A DNA stretch of 63,901 nt, counting the filler, from Diploschistes diacapsis (Eukaryota): the NCBI GenBank assembly GCA_023645945.1. It is 11 parts of 11 records of this genome, joined end to end, with 100 filler letters (N's around TTAATTAATTAA, not from the genome) between each part and the next. Parts side by side here need not be neighbours in the genome. Positions count along the whole stretch, not along the records: positions 1 to 23,510 come from JALAIB010000263.1; positions 23,611 to 25,389 come from JALAIB010002634.1; positions 25,490 to 27,267 come from JALAIB010002635.1; positions 27,368 to 29,143 come from JALAIB010002636.1; 7 more parts are not named here. One strand, written 5' to 3'. The notes beneath the pieces are model-generated. The model saw only the letters and a program-made list of their open reading frames with translations. It was not told the origin of the DNA and did no database searches. The first letter of the stretch is position 1. Each line of letters opens with the position of its first letter. Shown piece by piece: positions 13,416-27,452 of this stretch. Made by a program: the position numbers and the translations under genes.

Positions 13416-13764
13416 AGAACTCGATCGCACGACGATGTACTCCATTAGACCCAGAATTCGATGGTGAGATTTGCAAATGAGCTCAAAGGTGAAGGGTTTT
13501 CTTTGTGAATTCCATCCCTGTCCGCAATGGGGCTGTCTACCACCCAATCGGGGATAATTAAAAAACTGCTTCGAAATAGGCGAGGCCACTCAAATCCAAG
13601 CGTGATGTTAGAGGAGTCGCAAGGGGGAGATTCGTGTCAGGCTCTTGACCAGCTCCTTAATCTTCTAAGGAGTGCATAAAGGTCCTTCAATCCTTTATAG
13701 TCAATATAAGTCGACCTCGGGGACGCTTTAGCGATCCATCAGCCACCGAAGCTGAGCTTTCTGA

Positions 13765-15209
13765 TCACTGCTCGGTTCCCAAGATCATCTTCTCTCGTTC
13801 CGGCCTCCTCTTGATAAGGCCCTTCTTACTATGCTTCCTCTCATTCTCTATCCTTCTCTTGATGGCCGCTAGCTCCTCATTCTTGATCTCACCCGCTTTT
13901 TTGACCTGCTTAGGTATATGCCTGTGCCGCTTGATCCTACGTATCTCCGGCATATGCTGGTACCGTTCTACGAGCGCAGCATCGTATTCGAGCTTTTGCA
14001 TCTGTCGCGCGGACTTCACCCCTGTTCTCTGTGACGCTTGGGCGCGCCATAGCCGAATGTTGCCGTCATCAGAACCAGACAGCACATAGTTGGAATCCGG
14101 CGTGAATCTAGCTGCAAAGACACGCTGCATGCGCTTTGTGTGATAGACGTCCCTAGAATGACCGCTTGCCCTAGACCAGAGACGGACTGAGCGGTCGTAG
14201 GAAGCCGTGACCAGCTCCTCACCAGTAGGAGAGAACTCGACATCCATAACGGCGGCGACGTGGTCCTTGAGGATGTTGAGCGCTCGGTTCATCTTCCGCA
14301 TGTCAAAAATGTAGACGTTGTGGTCTTCGTTAGCCACTGCGAAGTTAAAAGCTTCCATCGGATTCCAGGCGATCGTATTTGAAGCGAGAGAGAGCGTGGT
14401 TTTGGTAAGGGGCGAGGAGGTTCGTAGGTCATAGAGGACGATGGAGCGGTCGGTCGCAGTAGAAGCGAGGATAGAGGTTTCCACCTGGTTGAACGACACG
14501 CTAGATATAGTATCGACGGAGGTAGGCCAGTGGAGGGTCTGTAGTGGGGCGTTTGAAGGGCGGTTCAGGTCGTATATGGAAACCACACTGGAAGAGACCG
14601 CAAAATTTGGTAACGATCGGTGGTGGGATATGCTGGTGAAAGGAGTTTGTCCCAGATAGGTTGCTGTCGGAGCACACTTCGGCGAAGAAGTACAAGGCTC
14701 CCAGAGCTTGACGGTCCTAGATATCGTCAGAAATAGGAATCGTATGGTACGGATCGTACCTCTTACTTGTCACTGGAACATGATAGTAGTCTCTTGTCCA
14801 GAGTCCAGCAGAGCAAGTTGCCCCTCACAATATTTTCATGCGCTTTCGTCTGCCAAACCTCTTCTCGGCTTGGAAGGTCCCATACTTTGATTACTCCATC
14901 TCCGCTTCCACTTGCAAAGCGCTCTAGGGACTCCGGATCCTTTGCAATGGTGTAAACTCCCTCAACATGACCTCTGCCAAGTTGCGCAACGAACGGCGCA
15001 GCGAACATGCGTTCTAGCTTGACCGCATTTAGTGCCCTTGTGTACTCCCGAGCCCGCTCGAATGGGTGCAACGCAGGATCTAGATTTCGGGGCTGTCTGG
15101 AGCCTGTAGAACCTGGAGCCTGTGCAGAACCTGCGCTACGGCAGAGAGCTTTGACTTTCTAAATGTTATTTAGTCGATGACCCAGAAGTAAGGTGTGTGT
15201 ACTGACCAT
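13765..15209 (-). CDS. SOF1: U3 snoRNP WD40 protein Sof1/DCAF13
   Basis: ATG at 15209 directly followed by an intron; PRNLDPALHPFERAREYTRALNAVKLERMFA, WD repeats, YHTKRMQRVF, HMPEIRRIKRHRH. Second intron near 14710-14766. Confidence 0.95.
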
Positions 15210-15880
15210 GATCGTTATGCTGTGGTGTCCATCATCGGCAGGATTATTCAAATAAGTTGTGCGTCAGGACAATTTGTGGGCTTTTCGTCACCGGGGATTA
15301 ATGATTAAATCCACAACCCAAAAATTATACAACGGCCAATCATGATCTGGTTTACTTTAACAGCTGCAACTTACATTTACAATGTAGTAGAGTCTACATC
15401 AATGTGCTTTGAAAGATCATTCATCAGGGTTTTATGGAAAAGTCGGGTGTATCTATACCACTCTCCCCTGGAAGACGCTGCTTGATATGTCTTCCAAAGT
15501 GGGATACGGATATACTATCACCCCATCAGTCTACTATCTTAATCGTGCTTCAAGCAGCGGTCCAGAAACCGTGCTTAGCATCACTGGCTATGTTTTGTGT
15601 ATCACTTAGCTGTTGCTACTACTGATGAGATCCACAGTCAGCATGGCCTTACGACCGTCAAGGGAGGCCTTAATCTATCTTGTCTAGGATATATAGTCTG
15701 AGGTTCTGCGCTGACATTACTCTGTCTTCATACAACTCTAATAAATCGAACTGCTGAAAGTATAATTGTAACTAATCTTTCGCCTGTTTCTTTACCTGTT
15801 CCCAATCCTCCTTAGTGTTTGATTTCGTTGTGTTTCTATAGTCCAATGCTTCTGCTCTTTGATTCGCACTGCTTCACAGT

Positions 15881-17635
15881 ATGGCAAAATCCAGATCATC
15901 AGAGGTCCACGACTTCGTTGTCGTTGGCAGTGGACCCGCCGGCTCAGTTGTGGCGTCACGCTTGGCCCGAAGTCAGAAAGCACCAAAGTTTCTGCTCTTC
16001 GAAGCGCGTGGAGCTAAGGTCGACGAGAAAGCTATCATGAGTGCTGATCGCTACTCAACCTTTGTCTCTTACTGTGACGATAACTGGGGGTATCAGACGG
16101 CACCTCAAGCGGAACTAAATGGCCGCAAACTAGATTGTTCTCGAAGAAGAGAACCAGGAGGCTCTTCCCGGATCAACTTTGCAGCCTACACCATCGGTCC
16201 GAAGGGGTGATTATGATCACTGGGTAGACATTGTTATGGAAGAGTTCTTCAATTGGCGAATTTCACGGCGCCGATATAACGAGATTGAAGCGTTTGATAT
16301 GGAGGTCAGCCAGGAGCATAAAGATTGTATCCAGCCCGTCACCGAGCATGGTACTCAGGGGCCACTGAAGCTTTCCTATCCAGAGGTCTTGGAGAGAGGA
16401 GTAACGAAAATCAATGCTGCTATGATCCAGTGCGGTGTCAATAGAAACCATGATGTGAACTCTGGCGATCCGATAGGACTTGGAATCATTACAGCCACGG
16501 GCTCCAAAGGGACACGATCAACAGCTCTGTGCTACTTAGAGCACCCTTCGTCCAACCTGACCATCACAGCAGACTCGCCTGTGAGTCAAATCGTCTTCCA
16601 TGGGAAAGGAGCAGTTAGCGTAAGGTTGGGCTAACTGACCTGTGAGTAACTCATACATTAAGCATGGCCATGTAGCATAGAATATGCAGCATATCTGCGG
16701 TGCAACACCGAGCTTCGAAAGAAGTCATAACCTCCGCTGGAGCCTTGGATACGCTGAAAATGCTTCTGTTGTCAGGCTTTAGTGCACAGGACGAACTTGC
16801 TAAGCACAGCATCAAATGCGTGCGTGACCTGCAGGGAGTCGGCAAGAATCTGCGGGATCACTTGTTTTCCCCTTTGGTTCTGCAGCTCGGCGACGACCGG
16901 CCCACTCTCACCGATTCCGGATTCCTGACATCCGCTCAAGCCCAATTCGCCAAGGACGGCACTGAACCTCTCGCAATCCTGTAAAACATCCTACAGATGG
17001 CCTGGTTCCGACCCTCTGACGCCCTGGCGCAAAGCGAAGCGTGCAAGAGTCTCCCTCCAGAAGAACAGCAACACCTGGTGCACTCCACCAGACCCACCTG
17101 GGAGATCTGCAGCTACGCATCCCCGCTCCACCCCGCCGCTTCGCCCGACAAACCCCTACCTCTCATTCCTCATCATCGGCATGCTTCCCCAATCCTGGGG
17201 TACCATCTCTTAAGCATCATCCAACCGCGCTGTGCCGCCGGTCTGCGTTCCAAAACTCTTCTCCACCAGCTCGACCACCGCAACACCAGGGAAGCCGCGC
17301 GCATAGGATACAAGATCCTCACGTCTCCGCTAATTGCGGAGGACACGGAAGTTACGACGGGCGTACCGGAGAGTATGAGCGACGAGCACATCATGGAGTA
17401 TGCCAGGCACTTTACGGGAACGACGTGGCATATGTCGTGCACGGCGAAGATGGGTGGGGATGAGGACGCCGAGACGGTGGTGGACACCCGTTTGCGGGTC
17501 AGGCGCCTGGAGGGATTGGGAGCCGTGGATCTGAGCACGACGCCGTTTATATTAAATTGCCATACGGTGGCGGTTGCTTAGCAGGTGGGCGAGATGGGTG
17601 CTGAGAGGCTGATTGAAGAGTATGGGCTTACTTGA
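15881..17635 (+). pseudogene. GMC oxidoreductase (glucose/choline dehydrogenase family) pseudogene
   Basis: DFVVVGSGPAG FAD motif, GVGKNLRDH, TWHMSCTAKMG, VVDTRLRV. Frameshift near 16205, in-frame stops at 16982-16984 and 17579-17581, further shifts near 17160-17270. Confidence 0.85.
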
Positions 17636-18282
17636 AGGGCGAGCGGGGTGACTGTGCTGACCGTCTGTCCTTGCTGTTAACAAATTGTACTTGATATGTT
17701 TGATATCTTGACTTAACATCATACCGGTACTAGCTCGCATAACATGGCTGTCAACAGGCGGGCGATATTAACGGAATTTTGTAATTGGAATACCACTCCT
17801 ATCGGTTTAGTTAGTACCTGAACAAGAGCTCGAAGACAATATCAGATCAGCTTTATAAGAAATTCGAAAATTCAGGGAGAGCTTCATGTATCTCAGATTT
17901 GTTACGTAGTTAGTATGAAAAGTGGAAGAGAAATTGTCAGCACTTTGATTGACTTGTGACTGATATTAGCATGGAGCTCCTTGCAGTGTGCTGAACATGA
18001 CCTGTGCCGAGCACTTGTTTGTGAATGATAGTGAGTTTCAGCCAGTGACTATCTAGCGTAGATAGGTAGAGTCAATACATGTCTCATTATGTCATTCCAA
18101 TTTATCGACAGTTCTTTCATTTCCATTAACCGTTTCAATTCAATTCGTGAAGCTGTGTATATCGACTTTGTGAAACCTGATTATTATCTGATCTTCGGTT
18201 GAGCTCCCGCCCACTACCCATCAAATTTGACATCCCCAATCTGTCACTCTCATTGAAGCCATATTACCGTCTCGTCCATTAC

Positions 18283-19122
18283 CTATTTCTCGCTCGGGGT
18301 CCCTGGAGCACCCGCATCCACCTGCGTTCCCCACCCATTCCCCGACGTCCTCAGATCCCGCGACGATCGCTTCGACGCACAAAGCCAGAATGTAGTAGCC
18401 GCAACAGCCATCACAAGCAGTGGTATTCCAAGCCCAAGCCCTATTCCCAGGCCCAGGATAGCCGAGTGTGGCAGGACGTTCGAATTTGCTGCATCCGCGT
18501 AACCCTGGGCATAGGCGGACGACGCAGCCCTCACGACCGCAGAAGATAGCTTGCTGGGGGACCCCACAGATACGCCCATGGTGGCGCTCGAGCCTGGCGT
18601 AGATGCCCCTATTGCGGTCGGGGTGATCAATGATAAGGCGGCAGACGAGCTACTGGGAACGATCTCGAAGTCGACACTATCGATGGCAACCCCCACATCG
18701 TCGCAATTTTCGTCAAGGCCGGAAAGCTCCAAGTGGAAGGAGTAGCCAAAGGTGAGGTTCTGGTTGACCGTAGCGGTGTACCCGCCAGGGTCGGGGGAGA
18801 TTTTGTCTACCATGATCCGTCAGTTGTCAACGGGCTCTACTTTTTCTTTGCGCTTTTGAGGAGGGAGGGGAGGAGAGGGCTGCTTACGCATTAGGACGGT
18901 CCCATTGGTGTAGTTGTTGGGGTGCACATAGTTATTCCATAGCACGAGGGTTACGCAGTCATAATCTGAGCTCCATTGTGCGTCGAGCTGGCCATTGTTG
19001 TCATAAACCAGCAAATCTGGCGTCGTGGTTGAGCCCGCTGCAGGGGGCTGAATAAAGGACTGAGCACCTATAAGTTGTAGGAGGAGAAAAGATAACATCA
19101 TGATCAGCGCCGTAGGATCCAT
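18283..19122 (-). CDS. Single-pass membrane protein with signal peptide and Ser/Thr-rich linker (Mid2-like layout), 1 intron
   Basis: Signal peptide MMLSFLLLQLIGAQS, intron GTAAGC...CTGAC...TAG about 18887-18807, TM segment AILGLGIGLGLGIPLLVMAVAATTFWL. Confidence 0.7.
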
Positions 19123-20039
19123 TAGCCTTCGTTGCGTTGAAGCTTTGGATTGAACCTGCTGTCATAGAGCTTGACATGACAAAGGAAACATCGACGGATA
19201 AGGTAGGGGTGTTATCACATAGAGACAAAAGTGTAGCTTGGGCTCTTCATATAGCCACACTTGAGTAAAGAACCTACGCGTGTCTGTTACTTTTAAAAAA
19301 TGCATGATGATCAAGCACATACTCAACTTACTTTTGATGGCGGCCCCTACCTGCATGTGATGCTTCCAGACTATATAGCCTTGCGGAACAAGATCACCGC
19401 ATTGGCAAGCTAGGCTATGACTTGTGCAGATCGTACGTACGCGTACGACTTGCGTACGACTTTCTCGCTCTGAATCGAACATTTAGCGAAAATGGGAAAG
19501 CCTTAGACGTCTATGTATTCCCAATCACAGGCATGTAGGGGAATCCTCAAAGCTCTTGTGGTATATATCCATATCCCCAGACTTCGCTGGTCGCTTTGCT
19601 TTACGTGTTGCGCTTTCCTGACTGCTGCTTTCTTGTGCTTTCCATGCGACTTGGTTGAGGGATTGTTATATTCGAGTCTTCAGTAGACGGTCATAGAGGC
19701 TTCCAGACATATTGGGAGGTTTTAGTAGTTAATAAGCTTCAATTTTATTTCTCTTTTCAAATCTGACAGCAGACGGGCGGTGGCTCGATGTGTAGTAATA
19801 CCTATTAGCTGCTGAAAGATTTCAGTGGTTAGTCTAGCTTTAAGTGTGCTTTACATAGTAACACTACGGTACCTACTTCTGGTGGTCTCCCATATAGTAT
19901 TCAATTTTATAACTACTTTCAAAGACAAAAGATCAGATACTTCGGACTACTGCTCATGTAACAGTGGCCCTCGTCGGAGCTCAGAAAGGCAACTTCCCTT
20001 TCTAATTGCTTTACTGTTTCGTAAGGAAGATCATACGAG

Positions 20040-21367
20040 ATGGCGCCAAACCCAGAGCACGCCAAAGCACTCGAAGAGGCCAGAGAACTGGCTAAAACAC
20101 AGCCATCGAAGTCAGAAGCTCTGTATAAGCAAATATTATCAGATGGACCGGGTACGGGAGAGGCAGCCTTGAGGGACTACGAGACTGCTCTTATGGGTCT
20201 CGGCGAGCTATACAGAGATCAAAAGAAAGCGAATGAGCTGGCAGAACTTGTCCGAACAAGTCGGTCAACTCTGTCTTCCTTTGCGAAGGCGAAAACTGCG
20301 AAATTAGGTGGGTTTGCCGGATCTCTGGCTCTCATAGACCGTGCTGAACATGTTTGCTAGTTCGTCAGCTTCTCGACCTCTTTTCCTCGATACCGAATAC
20401 CACCAACATCCAGATATCTGTCACAAAGTCATGTATAGAATGGGCCGTATCCGAACGGCGGTCTTTCTTGCGGCAAAATTTGGAGACTCGGCTCGTTAGC
20501 TTGTACATGGCACAACTGCAGTATTACGAGGCATTGAAGCTCATCAACGGTCTATTGAGGGAACTGAAGCGACTTGATGATAAGCTTGTACTTGTTGAGG
20601 TACAACTTCTTGAGTCGCGAGTCTATCACGCACTCGGCAATCAGCCCAAAGCAAAAGCTGCCCTGACTTCTGCAAGAACATCCGCTGCTTCAGTGTACAC
20701 TCCGCCTCTTTTACAAGCTGGACTCGACATGCAGTCGGGCATGTTGCATGCGGAAGATTCCGATTTCAACACTGCCTTCTCTTACTTTATTGAGGCGCTG
20801 GAGGGATACCATTCACAAGATTCATCGGCGCTTGCGGCATCGACACTGCAATATATGCTGTTGTGCAAGATCATGCTTAATCTTTCGGATGATGTCAACA
20901 ACCTCCTGACCTCGAAACAGGCACAGAAATACTCCGGAAAGAACCTCGAAGCTATGAAGGCTGTTGCTAGAGCGCACTCAAACCGGTCGCTGGAGGAGTA
21001 CGAACGGGCACTTTCAGACTATCGGTACGAGCTGGGCTCAGATACATTCGTCCGCAACCACCTGAGGAAACTCTACGACAACCTCCTCGAAGCCAATCTC
21101 ACCAAGGTCATCGAACCGTTCTCACGCGTTGAGATCTCGCATATTGCCAAGCTCGTTGGTCTGGACCAGAATCAGATCGAAAAGAAGCTATCGCAGATGA
21201 TACTGGACAAGGTCATTGTCGGGGTCCTGGATCAAGGTGCAGGCTGTTTGATCGTGTACGACGAAGCGGAGCGGGACCAGGGGTATGACGCAGCGCTGGA
21301 GACGATAGAGAAGCTTAGCAATGTGGTGGACGTGCTGTATACTAATCAAGCTTCCATGCTGGAGTAG
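20040..21367 (+). CDS. RPN6: 26S proteasome lid subunit Rpn6 (PCI domain)
   Basis: SSFAKAKTAKL|VRQLLD, ERRSFLRQNLETRL, KLSQMILDK. Intron 20308-20360. Confidence 0.96.
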
Positions 21368-22229
21368 GCTTTGGATTGCACGTTTGCTTCAGCGGGATAG
21401 CGTGACGACTGAAGCTTGATGGAAACGTCCAGCGTCCTGTGTTGATCTTTTTGTTCCTCGATTCCTGCTAAAGATCAACATCTGGTGACATATGCCTCGT
21501 AATGATGCCTTTCTCTCTGAGAAGATCTGCGCCTCACTGCCGCAGTCACTCGAGTATGGCCAATCAAAACCATGCGAATATATCAAGGGAGTGGCTGTGA
21601 ACGTTGAGTCCATGTCCAATCGATTGCTCAGGAAGTACGTGCTGCCGAAACGCTTCGGGTAAGAATTCGGGTACCCGGATAACCGCGGTTCATTGGCTCC
21701 GAGTCGACGCTCCCCCGACTGACTTCCTCGATAGAAAGCCATGGCGTTCGAGGGGCTTCGCTCCAACGATGGCAGAAAACGTGTTCCTGCTCGAGAGGTC
21801 TACCTGTAGTGCGGTTTCGTGGACCTCGCGCATCATATGCATCTGCCTGCGTCTCGAACCCCCTGGATTGGCCATCGTGAAGAAGCCGCATTCAGTGCCC
21901 CGCAACCGGAATCGCGACTTTATCGATAGCGTGCCACTGCCCCTGTCCTGCGCTTTGAGTCTAATAGACTTTCTTCCCATCAGGCCATCCTGCATGCGAG
22001 CGAACCCACTCGAGCAACGCGACTGACAACAGTGGTGGAAAACAAAACTTGGTCTGCTCCTCGAACAAGCATTCTTGTGTGCGCAACAGGAGTCTCCCTG
22101 GTCGACTCCCCCAACAGTCCGTGAAAACTCCCGAATAGGGTGCTGGCTCGTGCGACTAAAGGCCGCTCTTCTGCGCGAACAGCGCATCTCAAAGCCCTCT
22201 AGATATATGATCATGCGCAGTCCACACTC

Positions 22230-23510
22230 ATGACCACCATCGCTGCTTCTACGCACGATCTTTCCGGCCCCATGGTCTCACAGCCCTACTCGGAGCGAGC
22301 GGTTGCGGTGCGGAGGCCCTCCTCGGTCACCTCACGAAGCTCCGCAACAAGGCGACACCGGACCAATCGATCGCACCATGGAGGCTCAAATTACCTACCG
22401 CAGAATGAGTTTCCGAACTTTGCGCATACAGGAGACGTGGAGATCATCATAGCCGTCGATGGACAGGAGAAGAGATATATGCTGCACAGGTTGATACTGG
22501 CGCAATGCTCGGGCTTCTTCGAGGCGTCGACCAGCGAACAATGGTCGCGGGCCCAGGCCCAGGCGCAGATACATAGCCCCGAGAACGTGACTGGATCCAG
22601 CCTGTCGGTCATTAGCGAGTCCAGCGAAGGTAGCACGGTGGGCAGAAACCGTTCGGTCTTGCATTCGCCGCCGGGACAAAGGCCGATGTGGAGGTATGAG
22701 CTGGATACCGGGACTGAGAACGACAACAACGAGGATGAGGTTCCCATGCTGATTCAGAAAGTAAAGAGGTCCCTTAGCTTTTAACTTTTAAATCTGCCTC
22801 TGATTTCTTTCCACAGCCTTACCAACCCACCCTTTTCGGCGGCGACCCCTCTCCACGCCCGCCGCCTGTCCGCAACAAGCCACCCGCGCCAACAAACGGC
22901 TTCTTCCGCTCCATGGCCGCCATGCAATCCGCCATCCACCTCCCACACTCATCCTCCCACCCCGCCACCTCCAGCACCCACCCACTCCTCGACTCCGAAA
23001 TCATCCGCGACTACGACAACCTCTTCCGCATCTTCTACAACCACCCCCCCACCCTCGACGCCATCAACATAACCTCCGCCTACATCCAATGCAAAACCCT
23101 CCTCACCCTCGCCGACCAATATGACGCCCTCGAAGTCGTCGGCCCGCGCATAGACCACCACCTCCTGCAGTTCCAATCCCGCCTCTGGAAACAGATAGCC
23201 AAATACCCCCCCTCCTACCTCAAACTCGGCTACCTCGCCCGCTCCCGCTCCATCTTCGCCGAAGCCCTCATCCACGTCATCGGCCAGTGGCCCGCCGGCG
23301 CCCCGCAGCTGCGGTCCTGCCCGGATGCCATCCTCGACCTGATAGACGACAAGGTCGCCGACCTCGACGACCTGAAGGCCCGCGTCGAAGGCCGCCTATT
23401 CCGCCTGACCCTCACGAGCCCCCGCTCCGGCGAGCGCGTCGCACCCACGACGTCCGGCTACTCGGACTGGCTCGTCGTCAGCCTCTTCCGGCATTGGCTC
23501 GCCGAAAATC
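22230..23510 (+). CDS. Conserved fungal BTB/POZ-like protein, truncated by the contig end
   Basis: QNEFPNFAHTGDVEIII..YMLHRLILAQCSGFFEAS, then DYDNLFRIFYN..LADQYDAL. Intron about 22761-22816; reading frame runs into the N spacer. Confidence 0.8.
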
Positions 23511-23610
23511 NNNNNNNNNNNNNNNNNNNNNNNNNNNNNNNNNNNNNNNNNNNNTTAATTAATTAANNNNNNNNNNNNNNNNNNNNNNNNNNNNNNNNNN
23601 NNNNNNNNNN
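23511..23610. other. Artificial contig spacer (first of ten)
   Basis: N44-TTAATTAATTAA-N44. Also starts at 25390, 27268, 29144, 31016, 32888, 34757, 58298, 60167 and 62035. Confidence 0.98.
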
Positions 23611-25017
23611 CCTAGAAATACTATCTTAAAAATTAATAAAAGCTTATACGAACTAAAATAAACAATAAAAAACTAACACGAGAATTACGGTAATACAATC
23701 CTAAACCTAAGATTCAAAAAATACGACGCTAATCCTTGTATCTTTATCTTATAAGGTTGAAAGCTACTGGTTGATCTATACGTCGACGATATTATCGTGA
23801 TAATACTTAAATTACGAGACGTGAACTGGTTTAAGAAAACCCTCGTTAAACGTTATAAGATCAAGGATTTAAAAGAAATTAAAAAGATCTTAAGAATGAG
23901 AGTTTAACGATAGCGTTAGGGAATAATTTAGCTGAACCTTGATTAAGAAGTTTATGTTAAGAAGATGCTCGATCGGTTCAAGATGGTAACGGATACGCAC
24001 AAAAATTAAAAGATCTTACTTAATAGATACAGCGGTATTAAATAAAGCGACTCGCCTGAATTAACGAATAAGATTTAATATTAAGAAATAATTAATAGCA
24101 TTATATATATAACAGTCTATACTAAACTAAATATTGCCTTCGCAATTAAAAAGCTTAATTAATACATAAGTAACCCTTATTTTTATTATTTATATGCACT
24201 TAAGGGACTACTTCGTTATATTCGAAAGACTAAAGATACGAAGATTCAGTTCTTAACTGAACCTGAACCTAAACTTTTGAAATTACGAGGATATTCTGAT
24301 ACAGATTACGGGGGAGATAAAACAGACCGAAAGTTTACGTATAGACACATCTTTTAATTATATAATGGCCCAATATCATAAATAAATAAGAAATAAAGTT
24401 TAGTTTCTACCTCGATAACTAAAATTGAATATATTAGATTATCATATGCCGCAAAGTAGGGCGTATGATACGCATAGTTTTTAAGAGATATTAAATATTT
24501 AGAGCTTATAAAACCATCTTTATTACTATTAAACTATTAAAAGATAATATTAATTCTTTAAATTTAATAAAGCACGCGAAAATCAACGATAGATCAAAAT
24601 ATATCGATATTATTTATTATTATATACGGGATTTAGTTAAACGAGGCCGTATTAATGTTGTTTATATATTTATAGATAAAATAATTGCCGACGGATTAAC
24701 GAAACCATTAAATTACGTTAAACACGACATGTTCGTTAAAAAACTTGGATTAATATAGAGGGTATTCAGCTAAACCAGATAAACATGCCGATGGTTCCGC
24801 CCGTAGGGGAGTATTAAGCAGGCAGGTAGAATATATGGCTGGGAAGTTCAGCTAAACCTCAGGTTCAGGTTCAGTTCGGCTGAACCTATTGGGGTTCCTG
24901 CTAATCATAATCGGGAGTAGTGCAAGTCTATAGGGCTTAGTGGATCCTATTGGTATAAGAGTTTGCATGTAGACTATTCCTTCTAGTTAGATCTCTAGAT
25001 ATCTAGACTTCAATACA
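23611..25017 (+). mobile_element. Ty1/Copia retrotransposon relic: RT, RNase H, PPT and 3' LTR (about 24812-25017)
   Basis: Degenerate translation gives KSLYELK, LYVDDI, GYSDTDY, KYIDIIYYYIRD, IADGLTKP, with many TAA stops from RIP. Purine tract AGGGGAG precedes the LTR, which ends ..CAATACA. Confidence 0.88.
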
Positions 25018-25389
25018 TGCGTTGCCCAAAAACACGGATACTTCCACGGACACTGCATTATAATAAAAGCACGGACACGGACACTACGGCTGAAAATTTC
25101 AAAACACGGATACTGCCACGGCCGTGTCAGTGACACGGACACGGATAGTGTCAGTATCAGTGTTTTGAAATTTTCAGCCGTAGTATCCGTGTCCGTGCTT
25201 TCACTACAATTCAATATCCGTGGAAGTGTCCGTGTTTTAAAATTTTTAATCGTAATATCCGTGTCCGTGCTTTTATTATAATATAATATCCGTAGAAATA
25301 TCCGTGTTTTAAAATTTTTAATTATAATATTCGTGTTAATAAATTTATTACCGTGTTCGTGCATTCACCGAAACACTTTTAAATAATAT
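25018..25389 (-). mobile_element. Fragment of the CACGGACAC-repeat element family (same as 27453-28044)
   Basis: Many CACGGACAC/GTGTCCGTG units; shares the CACGGCCGTGTCAGTGACACGGACAC block with the reverse complement of 27990-28030. Confidence 0.7.
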
Positions 25390-26240
25390 NNNNNNNNNNN
25401 NNNNNNNNNNNNNNNNNNNNNNNNNNNNNNNNNTTAATTAATTAANNNNNNNNNNNNNNNNNNNNNNNNNNNNNNNNNNNNNNNNNNNNAAACAATCCCG
25501 TAACTGTTACAACCCGTAAGTGACGTCGCGAGCTCTTACCGGATATCGATATTATCTAAATAACGCGTAACGTAGATCGTTAAACGACACGATACGTTCG
25601 AAAGAAAGCTTTCGTATATAAGAAAAATAATAAGACTTTTTATTATCCCGAAATTATATATAAAAATAACGATGAATATCGGGATTAATTTATTAAAATT
25701 TTAGAAAATCGAAAAATAATAGAACGATATGAAATTAAATTATTTAATTATTATTTCTTACGTTCATTTTTCACGGTTAATAAACGAAATAAAAGATATA
25801 ATAAAAAAACGTATTTAGCGATAACGTACAAAATAAAAATAAAATTTTAAGATTAAAATCACGTTAAAAATTTTAAACGAATAAATCATAAAAGCCGATA
25901 ATTTAAAAAAGTTTTTAAACTCGTTATTTATCTTGTTTTTTAGTAGGAAAAAGGCCGTAAATTATGAATCTTTTCGAAACTAACGATAAACGAAATAATG
26001 GATAGGATACTTTGGCGTTTTATAGAAGAAACGGGTATATAATAGCTGAAAATAGCCTATAAAAAATAAAAAGTTTATAATACGATAATTAAAGTTTAAA
26101 AAGAGATCGCCGATATAATTTAAAACGATTATTATTATAAGAAAAATATCTTATAAGATCGTGATTCGGAATATATTGATTTCTTACGTTTATTTTTCAC
26201 GACGTATAATTAATAATATATATTTTTAAATCGTTGCGTA

Positions 26241-27190
26241 ACGTGTTTCACGGGGATTCCGGCCACCCCCAGATTCCGGCTATCTCAAATCACTACCGCT
26301 AACATTTTACGGTTTTTAAATACAACCTATTCGTCGCAATCAAAATCTAATCGATCTAAATCGAATCTATCTTTCTCCTCTTTATCCTTCTCGATTTTAG
26401 AAACGCGACGACGTTTTTTACGCGTTATAAATCGTTTCGAAATTATCTAACTCGATTTAACTCGAACTATTATTTTAAGAATTTCGTCTGTGCTAAACAT
26501 AAAACGACCTTTTAATTTAATTCGTTTATCTAATTTACGTTTTTTACGATTATTAAGAAACGTTTTTTATTCTCGGTTTTCTTTACGAAACGTTATAAAC
26601 TTAATATACGTCGATTCAAACATACGGGTTACTCGACTCGAATAACGTCGAATCGAACTAATCAATTTTAAAACGGCTCGCAACGCCTAATTAAACTCTT
26701 TATTAACCTTTCGCAGTTCGGTCGCATTTAATAAAAAATTATATAACAAGAATAAATCTAAATCTAATTAATTCGTGGTTGAAAAAGGGCTATAAAATAG
26801 AAATAAAAGGGTCCGATAAATCGAATAAAGCTTATTAAACACGATTATAAAACTAATAAATCATAATCCAACATTTATAAAATCTATTTAAGCGTTTCGA
26901 TTTATAACAGCTCGATTCCGAGCTATTAAAAATAATTCGATCCATTCCGAACGTACTATACGCGATCTATTTAGTCGAGTAATATAATCCGTTTTTTACG
27001 CCAACGCGCTTTTCAACGGCGAAAACACTACGACATCGAATAATTAAAGAAAATAAAAATTATACGAAAATAATATCATTAAATCGATTCGATTAAATAT
27101 ATAAAAACGAATAATATTAACGGTAATATAATTATTATAATCGTTTATAATTAATAAACGACGCGTTTCGAATCGATTCGGTTTAATTAA
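26241..27190 (-). mobile_element. RIP-degraded Fot1/pogo DDE transposon, second copy with TIR
   Basis: TA|ACGTGTTTCACGGGG end at 26239-26255. Minus strand near 27000-27060 reads FL*LFDVVVFSPLKSALA, a RIP-damaged version of the DDE_1 motif LQPLDVGVFSPLK. Inner boundary approximate. Confidence 0.85.
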
Positions 27191-27452
27191 AGGCTTAATA
27201 AATTATTAATATCCGTATCTATCTATTATCTATCCTTTATTATTAATATTAAATAACCAGTTTCGAGNNNNNNNNNNNNNNNNNNNNNNNNNNNNNNNNN
27301 NNNNNNNNNNNTTAATTAATTAANNNNNNNNNNNNNNNNNNNNNNNNNNNNNNNNNNNNNNNNNNNNATTTAAGATATATAAGATCTGATTCGTTAATTT
27401 TTATGTTTTTTGCGATTTTTAATCGAAGTCTATAGTCGTGATATGTTGGAAT

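Noticed and set aside
23555..23566. Regularly spaced TTAATTAATTAA palindromes about every 1.87 kb, resembling a periodic array
   Set aside because: Always centred in 100-nt N blocks; a synthetic six-frame-stop linker.
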